DNA of 63,992 bases, the filler included, from Ministeria vibrans ATCC 50519 (Eukaryota; Protista; Filasterea): NCBI GenBank assembly GCA_943704425.1. It is 8 parts of 7 records of this genome, joined end to end, with 100 filler letters (N's around TTAATTAATTAA, not from the genome) between each part and the next. Parts side by side here need not be neighbours in the genome. Positions count along the whole stretch, not along the records: positions 1 to 17,784 come from CALSCP010001435.1; 7 more parts are not named here. The stretch is one strand, 5' to 3'. The notes beneath the pieces were generated by a model. It saw only the letters and a program-made list of their open reading frames with translations, did not search any database and was not told where the DNA came from. The stretch's first letter is position 1. Every line of letters starts with the position of its first letter. The position numbers and the translations under genes were made by a program. Of the stretch, positions 1 through 13,240 are shown one piece after another.

Positions 1-62
1 GCGAGAGGACTGGAGTGGGCGGGGTGCGTACAGGGATCGTTCTCTTGCTTTTCCTCTCTCAG

Positions 63-3000
63 GCCAACGAGGCGACGCAGGAAGGACCGTCGACGGGCTC
101 GTATCAGACGAACATGCATCTGTACGAGGTGAGCGAGCTTGGCGCGGCTCTGGACACGAGCCTGGAGAACGGCTTGACGTCGGACGAGGCGGGCAGTCGG
201 CTGATGCGCGACGGACCCAACGTGCTGTCGCCGCCCAAGCAGAAGCCCGAGTGGCTCAAGTTTTTGCTGCAGTTTACCAACGGCTTTATGATCTTGCTCA
301 TGGGCGCGTCCATCCTGTCGTTTGTTGCGTACGCACTCGAGCCGGTGCAGCAGGATAATCTCTATCTGGGAGTGGTGCTCTTTGTCGTGGTCGTCATGAC
401 GTGCACCGCTGGCTACTACCAGGAGGGCAAGACGGGCAAGGTCATGGAACTCTTCAAGAGTATGCTTCCCGAGGCGTGTACCGTCACCCGCGATGGTCGT
501 GTGCAGACCATTTTGGCGTCGCAGCTCGTCGTTGGCGACATTGTCAAGATTCGTGGCGGCGAGAAGTGTCCCGCCGATTTGCGCATCATCTCCAACATGG
601 GCCTCAAGACCGACACATCGTCGATCACCGGCGAGTCCGATCCCATTGTCGCCGTGACCACCCCGACTCCCAACTCGCCCCCGCTCGAGTCGGTCTGTCT
701 CGTCTGGAACAGCAGTCTCGTTCTCGACGGCTCTGCCGAGGGTGTCGTCATCAAGACAGGTGACAACACTCTCATTGGTAGCATTGCATCGCTTGCAAGT
801 GGTGGCAAGGAGCAGCCTACCCTGCTTAACATTGAGGTGAACCGCTTCGTCAAGTTTATCACTGTCCTCTCCATCTGCATGGCCTCCGTCTTCTTCATCA
901 TTGGCGTCGCACGTGGCCCGCCCAAGGGCCAGTCTGAAGGCGAGAATGTTCTTAACGTATTTGTCAACGGTTTCATCATTATCATGGTCGCAAACGTCCC
1001 ACAAGTACAAACAAAAAACCGAAAAGAAGAAGAAAAAAAAACTTACCAATAACAAAAACGAGAATGAACATAAATGAACATTGCATTTTTTCTGTAGGGT
1101 CTTCCGAGTACAGTGACGAGTGTGTTGACGGTCACAGCGAAGAAAATGGCGCTGCGCAGTGTGTTCGTCAAGCGTCTCGAGTCGGTTGAGACACTGGGCA
1201 GTGTGGGTGTGATCTGTTCAGACAAGACTGGCACACTGACACAGAATGTCATGACGGTCGAGCGCGGCTGGACTCCCTCCAATCTATACTCGACATCTAC
1301 GGACTTTATTGGTGCGGCGGGCGGCAAGGCGTCCCACAAGCAGGGAGGTGACCCGATCAAGTGTCTTCCGGCTGCGCCAATGGGCGATCTCCTGTTTGTT
1401 GCGGCCCTCAACAGCCGCATTGCCGTCCAGTATGCCGATCCTACTCTTACCGCGGGCTCTGCTCCCGACGATGCCGAACTTATTCTTCAAGGTGATGCTA
1501 CCGAAAAGGTAAGTTTTTTTTCTTCAAAGTCGTCTTGTTCCTTGTTACTTTTTATTTTTCTTTTATCTCTTCTTCTTCCCCCTATAATTCTCACTCTCTT
1601 CATTATTTGTAGGCCATTTTCCGATTTAGTTCGCTCATGGTGAACATGCAGACGCTGCGTGCCGGCTACCAAAAGGTGTTTGAGGTGCCGTTCAACAGCA
1701 AGAACAAGTTTCAGGTGACAATCCACGCGCCCTTTTCGGGCTCGCAGCGTGTTCTCACGTTCAAGGGAGCACCCGAGATTGTGTTTGGACGCTGCTCTAC
1801 GTACATTGACAACGAGGGCAACGAGCAGAAGATTGACGATGATTTCTCGGCCGAGATGATGCGCGCGCAGGATCGTTTTGGCAACGACGGCGAACGTGTG
1901 CTCGGCTTTGCCATGCTGCCGTTGCCCACGGACGAGTACCCACCCGAGTACGACAGCAAGTATGAGGTGTCTAACGACGGCTGGACCTTCCCCGACCGTG
2001 GCTTCCGCTTCGTCGGTCTACTTGCCCTTTGTGATCCGCCCCGTGCATCGGTGCCCATGGCCGTGCAAAATTGCCACACGGCCGGCATCAAGGTCATCAT
2101 GATTACCGGTGACCATCCGTCGACGGCGTTGGCCATTGCCAAGAAGGTCGGCATTGTGCGTCCCGAGCACAACACCATCCAGGATGTGATGACCATGACC
2201 CAGACAGCCGTTCGTGCACTCACCGGCGGTGGTGTAGCGCCCAACGACGACGACGATGACGATGATGACGACGACTACGACGGTGCCGCAGGTACTGCTG
2301 CGCCTATTGCGTCGACCCAGTCGTCCATCAACCAGCGCACAGCAAGCATGATTAGCGAGGAAGACTTTGTGCGTCGACCTAAGGTGCGCTTCAACCGCTC
2401 GTCGTGGAACGAAATGGGTTCGGTGGCGCGCTTCCGTGCGCTCAGTGACCTCGATCCACCACAGAAGCTGACGAAGAAGCAGCGCAAGGCACTCATGTCG
2501 ACGGCGCCCGGTGCCATGCAGCCGTCACTCATGCAGGGAGTGCAGCTGGCGATTGATGGCGAAGTCATTGGTAAAGAGGGTCTGGCCATTCCGTCAGCGG
2601 TTGACCGTGGCGAGACGGATCTCGGTGTGATCCAGGTGCTCGATGGATTCGCCGCGGGCAACACGGTTGTCACGCATCCCATTTCGCAAAATGCCTCGGA
2701 GAAGCGTGTGACCCTGGCGCCTCAGCCGACGGTGCTCCCACGTGCGGGTGTCTTTGATCCGCGTGTGACGGCGGCCGTTATTCACGGACAAGACCTCGAG
2801 AAAATGCGCGATGACGAGGTCGACATGGTGCTGGAGAAGCAGGCGATTGTTTTTGCGCGCACGACGCCGCAGCAGAAGCTGCGCATTGTCACGCGCATCC
2901 AGCACCACAAGGCAATCTGTGCCATGACGGGTGACGGTGTCAATGACTCGCCGGCGCTCAAGAAGGCTGATGTCGGTGTGGCCATGGGCATCGCGGGATC

Positions 3001-3947
3001 GGCCGTGACCAAGGAGGCTGCAGACATCATTCTCATGGACGACGACTTTGCCTCGATTGTCTATGGTGTGCAAGAGGGCCGTCGTGTCTTTGACAACCTC
3101 AAGAAGACCATTGCCTACACTCTTTCGCATCTTCTCTCCGAAATGGTTCCCGTCATGCTTGCCCTTTCCGTCTCAATGCCTCAAGTACGTAAAACACGAG
3201 GAAACGTAGCTTTCATTGTGTGTCTTCATTGATATTTTCATTATTATTTTTATTTAGGGCTTTTCAAGTCTGTGTATTCTTATGGTGGATCTGGGCACTG
3301 AGCTTGCGCCTGCGATTGCTCTGTCGTTTGAGGACGCCGAGCCCAACATTATGCAGCGTCCTCCGCGCAACCCACAAAAGGACCGACTGGTGTCGCTTCC
3401 GCTACTGACGTACGCCTACCTGCAAGCGGGTGTGGTCCATGCGATTGTCGGAGTGCTGGTGTACGTTTGGGTGTTCATGCACAACCATGTGCCCATGTCG
3501 GCCCTGCCCTTTTCCACGTCCAACGGCTACTTTATTCCCGGTGGCACTGCCAACCTGACTGTCGACTACTACGGCACCGAGTACACCTTCTCGCCCGAGG
3601 AGCAGCAAAACATTCTGCTGACGGCCCAGTCAGGCTGGTTCATGTCTCTTGTGTTTGGACAGTTCTTCCATGTGTTTATGTGTCGCACGCGCACCTCCTC
3701 CATCTTCAAGCAGGGCATCTTCACCAACAACTACGTCAATGTCGGTGTCATTATCGAAATGGCTCTCTGCGCCTTCATCATTTACTTCCCGTACACCCAC
3801 ACCTTCTTCACCGACGGCTTCCTCCCAGGCATGTACTGGGCGGCACCCCTCATCACCTTTGTTGTGCTTTGGAGCTACAACGAGTGGAGGAAGCGCATGA
3901 TTCGTCGCTATCCTCTCAAGCCATGGGTCAAGCAGTTGACTTGGTGA
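63..3947 (+). CDS. P-type ATPase, subfamily IIC-like (Na+/K+, H+/K+ alpha-subunit family), 5' partial; exons 63-1004, 1098-1508, 1613-3184, 3258-3947
   Basis: After splicing at GT-AG introns: TGES, CSDKTGTLT (phosphorylation site), PFNSKNKFQ, KGAPE, MITGDHP, FARTTPQQK, TGDGVNDSPALKKAD, EGRRVFDNLKK. Ends ...KQLTW*. Confidence 0.93.
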
Positions 3948-4174
3948 TACAAAAGCAGATAGCAAGAGAGAGAGAGGAGAGAGAGGAGAAAGAAACAAAG
4001 TGATAGAGAGAGTCTGTGTGTGTATGAGAGAAAGAGAGTCACAGTGGGAGAAAGAGAAGAGAGAGAGAGGGGGGGGGTATAGAAAGATGTCTGTGTGTGA
4101 TTTTCGATATAAACAAACAAAAATGAATAGAATTACACCGTTTCTTTTTATTGATACATGGGGTGGGCAGGTGG

Positions 4175-5096
4175 TCAAGGAATGCGTTCATAGGGCTCCC
4201 ATTTGCGCATGCACGCCTCAAGAATGTGGTCCACGTGCTACAGAGACATAAGGGTGTTGAGTGATACCACAAGGACGACGGCGACGATGTGTACCTCTCT
4301 TGCTTTGTCGTGACAGTCTGGATTCATTTTCAGTGACTCGATGGCCCTTCGTCGCACACAGCGTTTGTGGTTGCCCAAGTACTTGAATTCTGGATTGGCC
4401 AACTCTTGTTTGATGTAGCAGTCACCACTGAGATTGGCAGCACGCACCTGTTGCACAAAAATAACGATCGTTTTCGTTAGTGTGCTTCTCTCTCCGACTT
4501 GGTGCCTCTATCACATTGATTCTATCATTCCTCCCTCCTCTCTGCTTCGCCCCGCCGACTACCTCTGAGCATGCATGATGCCTGCAGTTGTCCCAGGCAA
4601 TGTCAAACTTGGCGTAATCATAGGCGTGGATGAGTTCATGTGCGAGAGTGGCGTCCATGTACGCCTGCCGTCGAATGTTGTTCTGACACAGCACAATCCC
4701 CTCTTCCGGGACGAACCCGCCCATGGCCGGCTCGCTGCAGGGCCGACACACATAGATGTCCTCTGTGATAGGCACCCCCAGCTTCTCCATGGCCGTCAGC
4801 ATGTGCGCGACAAGCGGAGCTGCAATTTTTAATGTGTGTGTGTGTGTGTGTGAGAGGGAGAGAGAGTGAGACAGAGGGGAAACGAAGCGGTGCACAGCTT
4901 GAGCAACGTCGATCACACACGGCAAAGACAGGGGTGAGGATTCCGCGCAGAGGGGGCAGCAGGAAGGGCGGCAATCAATCAATCAATCAATCACACCTCT
5001 GGTTTTGGATCGCTCGAGAAAGGCCAAACATGATTCGTGCTGCTGTCGCTGCTTCGACTCTTCATCGTCCGGTTGGGATCCGCGAAAGAAGTCCAT
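4175..5096 (-). CDS. ATP23: Mitochondrial inner-membrane metalloprotease ATP23 (peptidase M76), 4 exons
   Basis: GGF..EEGIVLCQN, TLAHELIHAYD (HEXXH), WDNCRHHACSE|VRAANLSGDC, KRCVRRRAIES. Splices in frame from ATG 5096 to TGA 4175. Confidence 0.92.
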
Positions 5097-5241
5097 GGTA
5101 AAGAGACCAGAATATCAATTAGTTTGAAGTTTTTGAAGTTCGAACAATGAATAAAAAATAATTAATTTATTGGGCTCCTCTCATTAATTATCATTATTAT
5201 TATTTTTTATGAATATTATTTTAATTTTTCATTTAATTTGT

Positions 5242-6464
5242 TTACACAGGCGAGTGCATTCCAAGCTTCGTGTTGAACACGTTGAAAGCGCGCTTCTGGA
5301 AGCGAATGTAGCGACGACCGTCGAGTCCCTTTGCGTGTTCATTGAGTGCAATCAGAGGCACAAGAAGAAGAATGGTCACCACATAAGTGTACCTACCCAA
5401 AAACATTGTGAGTGCAACAGCACAAGATACCCATAATTATCAATATTGATATCATACCATTGAATATCGCTCAGCGCCACATTGAGTGACGGAGCATAGG
5501 TTACAGTGTTCATATAGATAGCAAAGAATACAATTTGGAGCACAATACTGCAAAAGGAAACAAATCAATTGAGGTGTGCTGTCAAACTTGTTGCATCAAT
5601 CGTACGTAAGAAGAGCTGCCAGACACCACTTGGGACTGCGAGAGGGTGGGTGAAGCCAAAAGGGAGTGTTTCGGCGGAGAAAAGACATGGACAGGACAAT
5701 GAGGTAGAGGAGAAAAGCAAAGGAGGAGAATGACTGGGCAAAGGCGAGTTGTGCATCGGCTGTGACTCCATTGAATGTGTATGGGTGAGTGGTCGCGAGA
5801 GCGCGATCGCCTTGTAGTGCTGCACACACACTAGTGCTGACATTCTTGTTGGCGTGACAGAGGTCATTGAGGACGAGCGCAAAGACAAGACAGGTGGAGA
5901 GGGCGATGGGGAGGATGCGATAGGCAAAGAGAAATACGAAGCGTTTGCGATCGGGAAGATGGTTCTTGTTCTTGACGGTGAGAGCGCGTTCGACGGCACG
6001 TGTCTCGTCGTCGTTGTGGGCGTGTTGCAGGAGAATGGGCCAGGAGAGCAGAGGAATAGGAATGAGAAGGGTGAAAAGCAGCTGTGTAACATTGAAGAGG
6101 GGTGGAAGCAAGAGAAATTGTGCAAAGAGCATAGAGAGTGAGAGTGCAATTGTCGCGCCCAATGCAAAGGTAACCGTGCGACGAGCACATGCAAGCAGAC
6201 GCCGCGACGAATACAGACTCACAATAAACAGTTGGAGTGGCGTGCTCCGCGAACCAGTCAAAGAGCCTAAATGTGAAGCAAGTTTAATGAGAAAGGCAAT
6301 GCTGTGTCAATGCTGTGTCAGCGCTCTTACATGGGACTGTGTTGATTGCCGACGAGAGGTCGTACAGGGGAGAGGCAATGTCGTCCAAGCGGGCCTCTTC
6401 TTTTTCACGGAAATGATCCATTGGACAGCCTAACGGTGACGGAAAGTCAAGTCAAAACAAACAA

Positions 6465-6555
<91 letters not shown>

Positions 6556-9500
6556 GTGTGTCCGTATGCGTTTCCGTACGTTCAGCGCGAAGAGGCTCAA
6601 GAGCAAAGGCACAGTCGGCAGCGCACCACGCAGCCACATTGTGGCAATTGTACGCACATCCCAGACAGCAAATCACCTCCGCGTACTCTTGCATGATCTT
6701 CATCATCTCCTAAAAGACACCAAAAATTAATGGTGCGTTCTCTCTCATTCCCAATGTTGCTTTTCTCTGTCACTCTCTCTGATCGTTTTGTTTTATCGAC
6801 AACTTACTGCGGACGAGGCATTGCTGCACTCAGTGAAGAGTGGCACTAACAGCGGGACATCATCAACACTCTCCAAATGCGGTCGAATGCTCCGCACACC
6901 TAACATAACAAGAAAGACAATGGGGTCAATGCAAATCTCACTCACTTTCACGTATACCCTTTGGCAGTCGTGACTTGTTTGCTGCGTAGGTGGGCACAAA
7001 ATCGAGTTTCTTCGAAGGTTTTACGCGCATAGTCGTCTCGTTCTCTTCGCCAAGTGAAATGTGACAGTTCCAGCCAGTTTCAATACCCATCTTCATGGCA
7101 AACTCTTTGCTGTGCATCTCATCCTAAGAAAATAACAACGACATCAATGTGTGCGTTAGTAAAGAGAATGAACAGAAGTAAATGTGAAAGTGTGTGTGTG
7201 TTAACCTCGTCACTGAAATACACAAAGCGAATTCCGGCCTTGTCCAGCGCCTCAACAGTACGAATCACCTGAAAAAAATAATAATGAGTAATGTCCGTCT
7301 CTTTCTCTGTTTTTTTTTATATATACGTCTTGTTTTGGCAGAACGTGCGTTGCAATCATTCCAACAAAGATTTGGCGTTGCATCAGCTGAAAGAGAGCAT
7401 TCGGCTCACCATCTTCGCGTGCGACACTGCACGGCAGATCTTCATCGTCACTGTCAGTCTAAAGAGAGTGAATACGTGAGTGAAAGAGAGGAGGGAGAAA
7501 GAGAGACAATTCTATAGGGAGAAACATTGAGAAAAAAAATAGAGTATGATAGAGAAAAAACAAAGCGATAGGGTGTGTGTGTGTGCGTGAGTGTGTGTGT
7601 GTGTGAGGTACACACATAGCCACACAACAAATGAGACTGTTCAATCGTTTGCGTTTTGCTACGTACTCCCGTCATGAAAGGAAGTCGCGCGAGCATATCC
7701 ACCTCTGTGCCTTGAATGTCAATGAACGAGCACGATGGACCACCCACAGACTGTTCAAGAGGCCGAAAGCTAAAAGCCGTCACACGTTTGGAACGAGTGT
7801 GCGCTTGGTAGAAGTGCTGAGCGGCTAATAGAAGAAGACACTGGTTTAGTGAACCTACAACACGACGTATTGCATTGCATACCTCTCAGCTGCACTGCGT
7901 CCATTGGTAGCAGCTGACGACCATCCCAGAAGTCAGTGCACATGGGAAAGAGCAGTGGAGGTGCACCCGAGGTGAAGAGAAACAGGTTCTTGGTGCCGTC
8001 GTCGGCCGAGGTTGCCCCCTGAGCACGCACACGGTCCGCGTCAGCAATGGAGACCACCATGGACGTGACACTGGGAACAACCAGACTGCCTTCCATGGCT
8101 CGTCGTCGGTGCGGGTGGCGCATGCCTTCCGCACCACTGCCACCTGCACCACCTCCAGTGCTGTTCCCCACAAGATTGGCACTCCCCATCGATGCACTAC
8201 TGCAGCTTGCATTGTCACCACCAGCAGCACCCCCACCAGGAAACCCCCCGCCACCACCCGTGAGAAAAGGCACGACGCCCGACGCGGCCATCATAGTCGA
8301 CTGTACATCGCCGCGTCGTCGCATCATCGTGTGCATGTAGCAGTGTCGCGGTGCAAAGCAATATATAGTCTTGAGTCGCTCGTACACCGCCCCGTTGATT
8401 TCCAGCGCATTCCCAACCATTTGCAAGGCAGTCAGAGGCGACGCAGCTTCCTCGCTTACCTCTCCCTCTTCGTCGACGCCACGCACATCTGCCACATTCA
8501 GTCCCACTGCATTGCCCAACGCACACATGCATCGATCAACCTTGTGGTGGTCGCCCATGGGAGTGAGACCTCGCTCGCGAAACGTCTGGTAGTTGGCATG
8601 TCGCTGAACTGATGACAAAACCGCGGGCATATCATGACCTGTACCAGAAAGAAAATAGAGAGGAAAAAAAAGAACGATGGAGAGCAAGAAGAGGGAAAAG
8701 AAATGACGGGAGACGGGAGAAAGAACAAAGTAATAGAGAGTACAAAAACAAAAGTGCGGGGGTGTGAGAGAAAGCCGGAAAAAAAATACTATTCTGTCAA
8801 AACAGTTAGAATTTGGAACATACCGGCCATAAGAAGTGAGTTGAGTGCGAGAGGTTTCATCTGCTCAATGTACTGCTGCCAGTGACTTTCCTCAAAGCGC
8901 AGTCCTTTCGACAAGTCAAGCACGACAAAGCGACGACGCGCATGTCCATCCGTCGCCGCGTGCGACTCGCCAGCACCCGCTTTGGTCATGGATGCCCCCT
9001 CAGTCGCGGTTGTGGTGGTTGGCATCTCGGACTCTCTCGCCGTATCTGATACAGTGTTGATGTTGTTCTTGCTGTTGTCGACCTCTTCGGAGATGGTCAC
9101 ACGAGCCTCTCGGCGCGTGGTATTCGAGCGCCTCTTGGAACCTTTGCTCAATGACGACGGCATGCCAGACTTAATGGACGGTGACGAGTCAGTTGCCTGG
9201 ACGGTTTCGGGTTCCTCTTCCACAGCCGGAAGATTCGCGGTCTCGGGTGCTTGGACAACAGGCTCGTCGTCCACGGCAGTCGACTCTCCCGTGACCCTAC
9301 TGTCATGTGTCACAGGCTCTGCAGACTCGACCGACTCAGACTGAACCGACTCGGGCACAGACTGCACAGTCTCAACAGTACTCTCACGTTCCGGCTCAAA
9401 CACAGGTTTCTCATCGACAGACGGAGATGCAGTCGTCTCTGCCGTCTCTTCCTCATCGACAGACGGAAATGCACGCGTCTCTTCCACCTCTTCCTCATCG

Positions 9501-9918
9501 ACAGACGGAGATGCAGTCGTCTCTTCCGTCTCTTCCTTCCCCAACACCTTCATCTCCAGACCACCGTCGAGAGAAGGACCATCATCATCCTTGACAACAG
9601 GCGGGTCTTCTGTTTCTTCCTCTGCCTGGCTCTCGTCCTCCTCCAGGTCCAATTCGTCGTCAGTGGTCGACGCAGACGACGACGAAGACGACGACGGCGC
9701 CATCTCGTGCGTCTCCTCTTGCTCATGCGCAAACCACACTTTGGCCACGGACTCCTCCGCCTCAGACAACACTCCTCGCTTGTCTACACAGCACAGTCGC
9801 GTTGCATTGCCCAGTGAGCGCACAAGCGGCGCCGAGCGCGGCAGTGTGCGGGTCTCACGCCCTCGCAGTATGTCCCAAAACAACCTCAGACGTTCCAAAC
9901 TCGTTTGAAAGGGCAAAA

Positions 9919-9949
<31 letters not shown>

Positions 9950-11574
9950 AGTTAAACAGAGTCACAAGGCATAAACAGTTTTTATTTCATGTACCTGCTC
10001 CGGTGGGATCCGAGTCAATGAGAATCGCAGTGGTGTAGTCATTTTGTGCGGTACGATGTGCCTTGGTAGTACCACCAGTGTGCTGCTCGACGGACCACTG
10101 CTCGACGGCACGGGAGGTGTCGAGAAGCACGGCGGAGCAGTAGACGTGGATGGCGAGCCAAAGGGTTGGGAAGAGGAGGGGAACGAGCGGAAGGATAACG
10201 GTCGCCGGAAGAGAGAGGAACATGGCGGGCCAAGGACCCGTCTCGCGCGTGAGAATCGTGTAGCGGATAACATTGGTGAGCAGCGCAATGAGAAAGGTGC
10301 CGGGCACAACGTACTTCATCAGAAGCTCACCGGTGATGCTCATTTCGCGCTCGATGACTGTGGGCGGACGAGTGTTGGTGGTCGACTTCAAAACGGTGTC
10401 AAGCATGGCGGTTAGGGGATATTCGAGTGCTTCAAAGAGCAGCGGGTCGACAAGATCGCAAGTGGCAACGGATGGGCCGTTGTTGGTAGAGGGAGTTGCT
10501 GTTGCTGCTGCCGTGGCTGCTGCTGCGGCTGCGGCCGTGGTCTGCGTGGTTGTGGTCGCACCGGAGAGGGATGAAATAGATGATGGAGTGTGCTTGAGAA
10601 CGGGAGAAGCGAGTGGCTGCGACGGTGCTTGGGAGTGTGATGACGCATTCGTCTGCTGCTGCTGAAGTTGTTGCGACGACTGTGGCGAGATCAGTGAGGG
10701 TGTCTGACTCGCTTGGAAAGCCTGCATTGCTGAAAGAGAAGGCACAATGCGACCGTCGGCAACTTCAAAGCCGATGAGAGCGGCCAAGGGCGACTGGAGC
10801 GTCGACGAGCGAATCGACATGATGGAGGAGGGAACTTGAAGCGATTGAGTGTCGGCGCCACAGAAGCGCACACGGCAAGGCGCCAGCTCGCCTGGCCACA
10901 GAAGCAACAAGTCGCCTTCAACAATAAGGTTGTCTGGCACATAGCAGCGCTCTCTGATGACGAGGGACACAACAAAATAATAATAATATTAATGAAGACG
11001 GAGAGGAATGTAATATTTTCCTTTTTTTATCCTTTACCCGTCGCGTAGACAGAGGCGCACGGTGCTGGAGGGAGCAGGAGCAGGGATCTCGGGAAGAGAG
11101 CGCACCGAGTCGTGGTTTGCAAGGTCGCGGAAGGGCTCGACGACGGTGAGAAGGCGAGAGGAGAGCTCGGCGAGTCGCAGTGACTCTTCGCGCCGCAACA
11201 GAACCAAATTGAGAATGGAGATGAGGAGGACAACGAGGCCTTCGACAAGTAAGGCGACGGGTCGAGCCACCAGGCTCGCTTCGGTTCCATTGGAAGATCC
11301 CTAGAGTGAGTGAGAGCGAAGGAGAGAAGAGATCAATCAGTCAATGAGAAATAGCAAAAAAGGAAACGAGTACCTCAGCAATGGCAAAGACAACAATGAA
11401 GACGACGGCGACAAGCATGGAGACCGCAATGGGATGCCATTTGGAGGGCAAGAAGCGCATTTGAGAGCGAATTTTGGTCTCTTGTTTTGCAACTGCCTGA
11501 TCAATTTGATCGAGGACGGCAGCGATTGCCTGCCTCGTGGATTTGCCACGGACAGGCAGGATTTCCATCTCCAT
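5242..11574 (-). CDS. TMEM94: TMEM94 / ERMA (P-type-ATPase-like ER membrane protein), multi-exon
   Basis: Matches TMEM94 motifs: GKSTRQA (N-terminus), SLGNATRLCCVDKRGVLSE, WQQYIEQMKPLALN, IRFVYFSDE..SKVFAMKMGIETGWNCHISL, IRPHLESVDDVPLLVPLFTEC, MMKIMQEYAEVICCLG, C-terminal FNTKLGMHSPV*. Confidence 0.9.
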
Positions 11575-11724
11575 TCTGAGGAGAGAGAGAGAGAAAAAAA
11601 ATTATTCAGAATACTCAATAATGAATAAAGAAACAAAGAAAGAAAGAATTCCAATCAATCCGAATTAATTTTTCAGAAAATACAGAACTTTTTCTCATAA
11701 TTCATTATACTGTCGCATAGTAAT

Positions 11725-13114
11725 ATGCACATTTTCACGCTAAACGACCTTCCTGTCGAACTAATTGTCTACATTCTGTCTCTGGTGGACGTCAGTGACG
11801 CCCCTCAGATTTTCTCGACCTGTCGCCGATGGCTCGCCTGTCGCGCCGACGTACTCCCTCGGCTGCTCTATGCCAGCTGTCGTGGACAATTTTATAAACA
11901 TGGCATCGCGTGGGACGTTGGAGAGTACGCAGAATTTTGTATTTTTGTTTGTTTTGTTGACTGAAGCATTTTTTTTTTGATGCTTCATCAAAATAAGCCA
12001 AAACGTAAAACACAAAACCAAAACACCTCAACGTAGCTGTCATTCACTGCAACGGGCTGTGGAGCGAGCACCCAATGTCGACGAGTTGGCCGCACGGATT
12101 TTCTCGTTGCACGCGAACACCGCGAGAGCACAGGCACGTGAGTACGTGCTGTGGGCGTGCGAGCGGGACCGCCCGTTGCTCGGGTGTGTGGCTCTCGCCG
12201 CCTGGAAGCGCAGCTTTCGCGACTCCCAGCGTAATCCAGCGAGTGCCGAGGCACACCACGAACTGGCACTGTTTGTGCGGCGTGCGGCTTTGTCTGGTGC
12301 CAACGACACACTTGCGCACCTGTTGGTGATGAACGATGCAGCATCGCTGCAGGCGATGAATGGCTCAAGGCTCAAGGCACTACTCACCCAGTGTGCCCGT
12401 TTACGACACGGCGACGTCATCTCTACGCTCTTGGCGCACCTCAAGACACCGTGTACCTGGCACGAGATCGACGATGCGCTCGCTGCGGCTCTCTTTGCCG
12501 GCGACCTTCAGCTCACACGATGCCTTCTCCAGGGACTTCACGAGCGCGCCCTGGACAGCGTCTCGGGCCTTGAAATTACCCATACTTTGTGTGTGGCGGT
12601 GCGTAGTGACGAAGCGTCCATCGAATGCTTGAAGGAGCTACTGTCGTTTCGTGGAGGTGTTCATAGGGTGTCTGCGCTGCGTGACTCGGTGATGGTGCAG
12701 AGAGCTGTGTGGACCGAAGTTGTCCTTGCAGCAGTGACGAGCAGCCAGTTTAAAGGTGCTGGCGAGTCAAAGCTGGACCTGATAAAGCATTGCATCAATA
12801 CACTCCCACCGCACTGTCTCACGGGCGAGATGACGCAGCGCTGGCTCATAGCTGCCTTGCCCACCCCCACCCTGTTTGCCTTCTTTCTTGCCTATGTCCC
12901 ACACAGACCCGCACTACCCTTTTCTCTGTACCTGAGTGCGTGTCGTGCGGGACTGGCCCCTCAACTGCGCATGATGTTGGAGCACGATCACTCGCGTGCG
13001 ACTCGTCTGCATGAGCTCCACTCGTACGGAGTGCGCGAGCGGTTCTCCGATGCCATTCGGGAGTGTCTCGTCCGCGACCGAACCAAGGGGAGTTGGCGTG
13101 GCAGAAGACGATAA
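11725..13114 (+). CDS. F-box protein with Leu/Ala-rich helical C-terminal region; exons 11725-11924, 12037-13114
   Basis: N-terminal LNDLPVELIVYILSLV...STCRRW is an F-box motif. The phase-2 intron joins it in frame to the 12059 ORF. Confidence 0.7.
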
Positions 13115-13240
13115 TGCGTTGTGAATTTTGTACTAGTAACTAGTGAATGTGATATTATTTGGAGCTTTACATGCGATGATTATTTTCAATTTTGACTCAT
13201 TTGAGAAGTGAGAACTGTAACTTTTATTTTTCATTCTACG

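Noticed and set aside
6430-6730. ORFs with poly-CV, poly-HT, poly-LS or poly-ER (also near 26700-27300, 36130-36600, 42600-42990, 52850-53300, 61090-61500)
   Set aside because: They are translations of intronic micro- and minisatellites.
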